Source: Cenarchaeum sp.
Lineage (GTDB): Archaea > Thermoproteota > Nitrososphaeria > Nitrososphaerales > Nitrosopumilaceae
NCBI GenBank assembly: GCA_965242695.1
Contig: CBDESU010000001.1
Location: forward strand, 1,632,001 to 1,696,000
Direction of reading: 5' to 3'
Length of the DNA stretch: 64,000 bases
Position numbers and translations under genes: made by a program. Positions 59,801 to 64,000 of this stretch are shown piece by piece. Below the pieces are notes generated by a model, which ran no database searches, had not been told where the DNA came from, and saw nothing but the letters and a program-made list of their open reading frames with translations. How positions within the stretch are numbered: position 1 is the stretch's first letter; each line of letters starts with the position of its first letter.

Positions 59801-61402
59801 AACCAGCTGGACTCCCTGGCCGGAGCGCGCCGCCACAATGGCGTACGTAGTGCCGTCCATCACGAACGTGTCAATGTCGCGCGTCTGATGGAGGCTGTCA
59901 AAGCCGTGGTCGCCGTTGCCGAGTTGGGTGTTGGTGATTCTCTTCGCAGAGGCCACTGGCGAGAGGGTGCCGGTGGTTGTATTGATGTGTATCAAGTTAA
60001 TGGCATTGTCAGAGTCCGCGCCAACGATGGCGTATGCGTTGCCGTCGCTCGCCTTAAACGCGTCGACGCCATAGGCATTGGCCAGCAACGGGTAATTTTC
60101 GGTGTTGTCGGTCGCATTGTCCAAGCCCAAGAGGGTGCCGTTGGGATACACTCGCATCAGCTGGACTCCGCCCTCGCCTTGGCCCTGGTTCGACGTCGCC
60201 ACGGCGTACGTCGTGCCGGCCGTATCCAGCACGTCGACTTGGGCGGGACCGTCAAGGTTGCCAAAGCCTTGGTTGTGTCTAGCAGTTCCGTTGGGAAGCA
60301 GGGTGCCGTCAGGGAGGATGCGGATGCCCTGCACGGTGTCGGGGCCAAACGCTGTAGCGAGTGCCTGCGCATTGTTGCCAAGCATGAACGTTGTGATGAA
60401 CCCAGTCGACTGTAGACGAAAGTCTCTCGAAGGATCACTGTCTGGGCCGGTCACCGAGCGGACCGCCTCGAGGGTGCCGTTCCCGTGGATGCGGATCAGT
60501 TGGACGCCGCTGTCCCCGCGAGAGGCTACAACGGCGTACGCGCCATTGTTCATTGTGAATGTGGAAACGCCTTGCGATTCCCTGAGTACGTCAAAGCTGT
60601 CACTGCCGTCGGTCGCCGAGTTGGCCGCCTCGAGGGTGCCGTTCCCGTGGATGCGAATCAGCTGGACGCCGTTGTCCCTGCTCGATGCCACAATTGCATA
60701 CATGCTGTTGTTCATCGAGAATACGGAGACGTCATGCGAATTCGAGAGTACGTCAAACCCCCTAGTGCCGTTCTTCGCAGAGTCGACAGGTATGAGCACG
60801 GGATGCCGCTCCGCATAGATGTCCGTCCTCCCCTCCGCCGGAACCTTTAATGGCCGCCCCTGCTCCCAGTATGCCAGCGAGTTCTCCTCGCCCGGCTCGG
60901 CCAGCGTCGTGTTGGCCTTTACCCCGCTCGCGCTGCCCGTGATGCTGCCGCCGTTGACATGCAACGCGTCCTTGCTTGCATAGTCCAGGCCGTCGGCCAT
61001 GTCGCCAGGCTGCACCGCGTACCAGAATACGGCAACCGTGCCATCATCGCTCATGCCCACGTACGTGGCATTCCTAGGAGGATCGGTGGCCAGCTCTAGC
61101 ATCGGCGTGCCGACGACCGTTATCGCCTCGCTGAACACCACATTGACGGCCAGTATCTTGCCCGTTCCGTGCGTGATGCGGTGCTCGTCAAGGGGCCCAA
61201 AGTTTGGCGAGAATACACGCACGACCGACGGCTCGGCTACCTGCGCATACGCGCTGCCGGCCAGAGCGGGCGCTGCCGCAACCAAGACTGCCGCTAGCGC
61301 AAGCAGTGCGACGGCCGGGGCCGACGGTCCCGAGCCTGCGCGGCGACCATCAACGGCCGCACCCCCCCCCCCCATCAGGGTTCGACGTGCATTGCTCTGC
61401 AT
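53864..61402 (-). CDS. Giant multidomain cell-surface protein (Ig-like repeats, two LVIVD-like beta-propellers, Pro-rich linker, CFI-box-CTERM)
   Basis: Signal peptide; about 7 FSExVxVxGxPxLxL...LDY repeats; YAIVAS...G(I/V)QL(V/I)RI repeats; C-terminal GGCLIATAAYG plus TM helix. Confidence 0.88.
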   Translation of the reverse strand: MQSNARRTLMGGGGAAVDGRRAGSGPSAPAVALLALAAVLVAAAPALAGSAYAQVAEPSVVRVFSPNFGPLDEHRITHGTGKILAVNVVFSEAITVVGTPMLELATDPPRNATYVGMSDDGTVAVFWYAVQPGDMADGLDYASKDALHVNGGSITGSASGVKANTTLAEPGEENSLAYWEQGRPLKVPAEGRTDIYAERHPVLIPVDSAKNGTRGFDVLSNSHDVSVFSMNNSMYAIVASSRDNGVQLIRIHGNGTLEAANSATDGSDSFDVLRESQGVSTFTMNNGAYAVVASRGDSGVQLIRIHGNGTLEAVRSVTGPDSDPSRDFRLQSTGFITTFMLGNNAQALATAFGPDTVQGIRILPDGTLLPNGTARHNQGFGNLDGPAQVDVLDTAGTTYAVATSNQGQGEGGVQLMRVYPNGTLLGLDNATDNTENYPLLANAYGVDAFKASDGNAYAIVGADSDNAINLIHINTTTGTLSPVASAKRITNTQLGNGDHGFDSLHQTRDIDTFVMDGTTYAIVAARSGQGVQLVRINIGDGTLSDAGRARDGWVSNRDAFATSRPAGPTWSTLSGSTGVDTFEMGGNMYAIVASWWDHGVQLIRLSPAYVVNVTTSAQDGTYEAGEMINITVAFSENVTTVGDPRLVLETGSGSDGTGIAKYIAGSGTDELTFRYTVGRGDATDGLKYAGAGALQTRGAIVGAGNHIADIELPAPGERGSLSNSSDIEVDTPLGVWRVASDNDAGGTYGTGKNITIVVEFTEPVDVTGMPMLALSTQPPRNATYAGGSGSADISFLYTVQPGDMANVLDYNDTNALILGSGSIMGSAGGVAANTTLVAPGHNRSLAAAEITIFAPTMPQVVGVDSADGIYGTGKNVSIAVRFSEAVNVTGAPVLTLNTEPPRNATYTGGSESSTISFLYTVHPNDTADGLDYAGKDALSLNGGNITSIIGGREANRTLPEPGMDGSLGATNDIVIRAPLTPVVLGVTSPDAGGTYGTGRIVSIGVEFSEDVNVTGAPMLALDTTPTRTAVYVGGNGSENIEFWYAVQPGDMAASLDYNDTGALSLNGGTIRDADGNDADLPLPAPGSRGSLGASAGIGIDAAQRPALVPISSATDGSDDFGTIAGAEGVSAFEMDGGAYAIVASNGDSGVQLVRIRGDGTLEAVSSAAGPKSGDAAADDAREFMLEGPWGITALNIGGSAHALVTTWTDGIQGIRIDPDGMLSPTGSVADGSGAASFGTLHGATGIGTVEAGGNTYAAVGLAGVDRGIQMLLVRPDGTLAANSSAAFGSARNVEGNRWGVDAFSMGGSAYAIAAVRSDDGIRLVGIDGNGALSPGASATDGSSGFDELRGATAVDTFEMGGGTYAIVASRDDHGIQLVRIHANGTLEAAGSAADDTGGFDELRGAYDVDAFEAGGGTYAVVASREDRGIQLVRIHADGTLEAAGSATDNEGGFDELEGASGIDTFGMEGRTYAIVSAYHDDGIQLIRLSPTYVKSVAAPGQDGVYAAGRTINITVAFSEAVTLAGGEPRLLIGAGGSSGTAKYAMGNGTDALTFTYEIGRGDSATCLDYAGTGALQTRGLAWGAAGHAASLELPAPGGPGSLTDSSRIVVGDAPAVLANDTAVRVVCGLLPGDGEVTISSDLAAVAFAQGAAVDLAGTGLPYTGVINVTAQGGDRKAAAEYVAVTRAGSGDRLGAALDIGDPGADLALTIPARIVVEGQPSPAQVFHMDSMNAATEVLPCGSADDPAGWLAERGGSGADMPFCYAATQSGGSGAATMDYAIHTYRLGGFIVVGSPSTVVVGPGSPPIVISQGGAVGTVRGNDSAAIQVPAGMIPGRNITVSTDAAAVTFGPNTALTDNATGMPYDGTISVAAASDQRRAAAVAGPAAGDAARIGAVIEVGDPGADIDLDRPAHILLVGQPSPARVYHMDSMNTSTEIPACGSADDPAGWLEGRGGRGSSAPFCHVAPAGPSDVKDYAIYTYRLSAFFAVGLADGRDGQGPVVSGVESRSANGTYGPGAAIDIAVVFTGNVSVAGAPLLELETGAVDRNATYVSADSATVLFRYAVQQGDMAADLDYTGTDALSLNGGTIRDADGNDADLALPEPGAAGSLSHSSDIAIASPGRAMQKMTVTLVVPDTPDPPVVATPQVVAGTPFSPFGGGGGGGGGGGGGGGGTRVLPGGPGQVILYAASWDCNEGTIRITAGAGVQADVDVLSSDGVAVARVADGPHPEGRVVYEAPLPDDPILSIRATAVEGRTMSIASETVRTGGQCTGEVVFRAYGMPPAAGPDAAAPTQPSGEQPAADRPDAPADPTQPSEAPPPADRPDAPAGPEPREIDIPPPPADPGEDRPDAPDADERPPPTAPTAADPGTTPAAVDDDDEGGCLIATAAYGTEIAPQVQHLREVRDSTLLTTESGRAFMAAFGAAYYALSPQVADLEREHPAFRQAVAALVAPMLLALQVVDLAEPGSEHGVVAYGALAIALVAGMYVAAPAAGAWYAVRLGRRARSRIRAD

Positions 61403-61922
61403 TGCGCTACTTGGCACGGGCGGGCCGGCATTATGGTGCCATATATACAATTCTGCCGAGGGTTGGAGGGCGCGGGGCGGCGACCGAGTCGATGTTTCGG
61501 CAAAAAAATGGGCCGCGGTGCGGCATCTGGCGAGTGCGGACAGATGCGATCGCTAGGTAATCGTCGGAGTGGGGGCGGGCGCGGAGGCAGCATCGAGCGG
61601 CATGAGCCCCGCCCGTCAAGCAGGTGGCCGCTGAGGCGGCCTTGGCGCCGTCTGCCGGCCAATCAAGCCGCCGCAGGACGGGCGGCGCCTAGGCGCATGC
61701 CCGGCGCGCTACCGGCCAAGGCCACGAAGTCCGAGGCGGTTGCGGCCGGTTGCCGGCGGGGGGCAACGTTGCGGCGGGGCGCGCAGGGCCGCGGGCGCAG
61801 GCGCGGCGCATATCCAGGTCGCACACTGCCGCCGGCGGGGCCGCGGCGGCCCGCAGCCCTTCCCGGTGCGCGGCAGGCCGATCGGCCGGCCGGCAGGCCG
61901 CCGCACGTCCGCAGCACGTTCG

Positions 61923-62723
61923 CTACCTGCCCCTCGCATCCATCCGGTTGGCCGCCGCCATGGCCCTCCTCCAAGCGGCGGCGGCCTCTTGCGCGCCAGG
62001 CCCCGCCGGTTCGCGCGCCGCGGCCGCCGCGGCCGCCGCCGCAGACTTCTCGGCCAGGGCGGCCGTCAAATTCGCCGCCCTCGCCGAAGTCCGCGCAGAC
62101 TTCCTGGCGATCCTCGCATTCGCTGCCGACTCTGTGCGCTCCTCCTTTGCATCCTCCCACATGTCGGACTGCGTCAGATCCAGCGGCCCCCGATCGCCGT
62201 CCTGCCTGCATTCGATCTCGGACCACATGGACACGGTCTCCGCCAGCGTGTCGCGCCTCTGGCCTAGCGCCCTCGCATCGTTGCCCGATCTCACCGCCCA
62301 CCGGTCCGTGGCCTGCGCCTGCTCGCGCGACTTTTCCATCCACGTGCGCATCATCCTGGCGTTTTTCTGATCTCCGGCCCGCTCGTAGGCCAGGGCCGCC
62401 CGCCTCATCTCGGCCGACGCCGCCCTGGCATGCCTGGACGACCGTTCAAACGCCTCCGCGGCGCGCCCCATCGCATCCGCGGCCAGCTTCGCCGCCTCCG
62501 CGGCGCGCTCCATCGAACCCACGTCCACCCGGTCGTGCGCGCGGGTCACCCGCCGGCTCTCCTCCGCGGCCCGCTTTATCGCACTTTCGGCCTTGCCACT
62601 GGCCACCCATGCCCTCTCGGCCCTCTTGAACGCCGCATACGCGCGCATCGACGCCGCCCACGTCCTTGCGTGGGCCGCCGCCACCCACAACGTGGTCGCC
62701 GCGTCCGGCTTCGCGCCGTCCAC
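61923..62723 (-). CDS. Ala-rich all-helical protein, paralog 2
   Basis: Aligns with paralogs 1 and 3 (ARTWA, DRVD, AFxRSS, DL...DMWEDAK, AWxRAM). Confidence 0.75.
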   Translation of the reverse strand: MDGAKPDAATTLWVAAAHARTWAASMRAYAAFKRAERAWVASGKAESAIKRAAEESRRVTRAHDRVDVGSMERAAEAAKLAADAMGRAAEAFERSSRHARAASAEMRRAALAYERAGDQKNARMMRTWMEKSREQAQATDRWAVRSGNDARALGQRRDTLAETVSMWSEIECRQDGDRGPLDLTQSDMWEDAKEERTESAANARIARKSARTSARAANLTAALAEKSAAAAAAAAAREPAGPGAQEAAAAWRRAMAAANRMDARGR

Positions 62724-62744
62724 TCCCCGCCGCCCCCGCAGGCC

Positions 62745-62767
62745 GCCTTTATGCCGTTCGATCGGCC
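62745..62767 (-). promoter_or_regulatory. 23-bp promoter element shared with paralog 1
   Basis: Identical to 53798-53820. Confidence 0.6.
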
Positions 62768-63443
62768 GCCGGCCCGCCAGAGGTGCCGCCGCACGCCTCC
62801 CCCCCCCCTCCTCCCCGTCCGCGCCCCGCAGCCCTGCGGCCGCCGCGTGCCTCCTGCCCTGCACCATGGAGTCCTTTTCGCAGGCGGGCGGGCGAAATGC
62901 GCGATCAATCGCAAGCGCCAGGCGCATGGGACGGGCGTCCGGGCGGCACTTCCGGCCGCGCCCACGGCCGCATGCATGGGCATCGCCGCCGATCCCCGCG
63001 GGCGGCGGCAAAATGCTGGCGGTATTGCACGGCAAGTATCAGAGAGAGGTCGCCGCGCATGCTGTAGTCCTTTGCCCGCTGCAGCCGTGTGCGGGAAAGC
63101 GCCCAAGAGGCGGCAGGCGCCGCTCCCTGTGCGCAGTCACTTGGATGTCGCAATGCGGCGGCTGCGGCCGGCGCCGCAGTACTCTTCCATGCACGCATCG
63201 AGCGGCATGTGCCGTGCCAAGAGCGACGCGGACACGGCATCCAGCATCGCAAAGCGGGCTGCGCGCGCATATGGCCCATCGCCGGCCGGCCACGCCTAGC
63301 AGAGCGGGTGTCAGAGCAGCGTGCGCTCCCCGTCATGCGGCCTGTCGAGGCCGCGGCCCTGTTCTGGCACTGCCCTGCGGCCGCCGCGGCCCTTCCCGGT
63401 GCGAGGCAAGCCGGCCGCCCGCCGCACGTCCGCAGGACGTCCG

Positions 63444-64000
63444 CTACCTGCCCCTCGCATCCACCCTGTTGGCCGACGCCATGGCCCTTCTCCAAGCATC
63501 CGCGGCCTCTTGAACGTCGGGCCCGGCGGGCTCGCGCGCCGCGGCGGCGGCCGCCGCTGCCGACTTCTCGGCCAGGGCTGCGGTCAGATTCACCGCCCTT
63601 GCCGCAACCTCCACCGCATCCTTGGAGCGCCTTGCCTTTTCGGCCGACCATGCGCTCGCCTCCTTGACATTCTCCCACGAGTCGGCCTGCGCCAGGTCCA
63701 TCGATCGCCGATCGCCGTCCCACTTGCATCCGATCGCAGACCACTTGGCCGCGCTTGCCGCCAGCGTGTCGTGTCCCCGCTTCATCATCTTCGCTTCGTC
63801 GCTAGCTCTCTCCACCCACTCGTCTGCAAGGAGCGCATGCTCGCGCGACTTTGCCGCCCAGGTGCGCATCACCCCGGCGTTTTTCTGATCGCCGGCCCTC
63901 TCGTATGCCAGGGCCGCCCGCCTCATCTCGGCTGCCGCTGCCCTGGCAAGCCTGGACGACCGCCTGAACGCGTCCGCGGCCCGCCCCGCCGATGCCATGC
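63444..64000 (-). CDS. Ala-rich all-helical protein, paralog 3 (5' end outside the window)
   Basis: AEMRRAALAYERAGDQKNA is identical in paralog 2; same DARGR C-terminus. Confidence 0.75.
   Translation of the reverse strand, partial: MASAGRAADAFRRSSRLARAAAAEMRRAALAYERAGDQKNAGVMRTWAAKSREHALLADEWVERASDEAKMMKRGHDTLAASAAKWSAIGCKWDGDRRSMDLAQADSWENVKEASAWSAEKARRSKDAVEVAARAVNLTAALAEKSAAAAAAAAREPAGPDVQEAADAWRRAMASANRVDARGR

Noticed and set aside
62770-63385. Possible gene between helical paralogs 2 and 3
   Set aside because: Only low-complexity ORFs without coding-like codon pattern.

Overview
This is a high-GC archaeal window. Gene content (TFB, EF-1alpha, Rpp21, EndA, FBP aldolase/phosphatase, PhaEC, DpsL, a CFI-box-CTERM protein, DUF6659-like proteins) points to Thaumarchaeota/Nitrosopumilaceae; a Cenarchaeum-like, possibly host-associated lineage is an inference. 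A housekeeping backbone is interrupted by accessory segments. The strongest unexplained signal is a DUF3800 gene (31755-32546) bracketed by two gap-free 100-bp direct repeats. Each repeat holds a minus-strand TATA box followed by a ~73-nt two-hairpin RNA, and all seven stem differences between the copies preserve base pairing. This looks like a protein plus structured ncRNA module, lying next to an ATPase-PD-(D/E)XK nuclease gene. Other notable items: an OLD-like ATPase/TOPRIM protein with altered catalytic motifs; an orphan M.AccI-like methyltransferase followed by a frameshifted RelBE-like pair; an AT-rich three-gene operon; a two-domain SDR resembling Chloroflexus malonyl-CoA reductase; a ~2500-aa surface protein lying within an array of at least three paralogous Ala-rich helical proteins; and several in-frame tandem-repeat expansions. 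I found no tRNA, rRNA or CRISPR array. Family calls come from motif recognition by eye, not database searches. Several start codons were moved downstream of the ORF track using TATA spacing.
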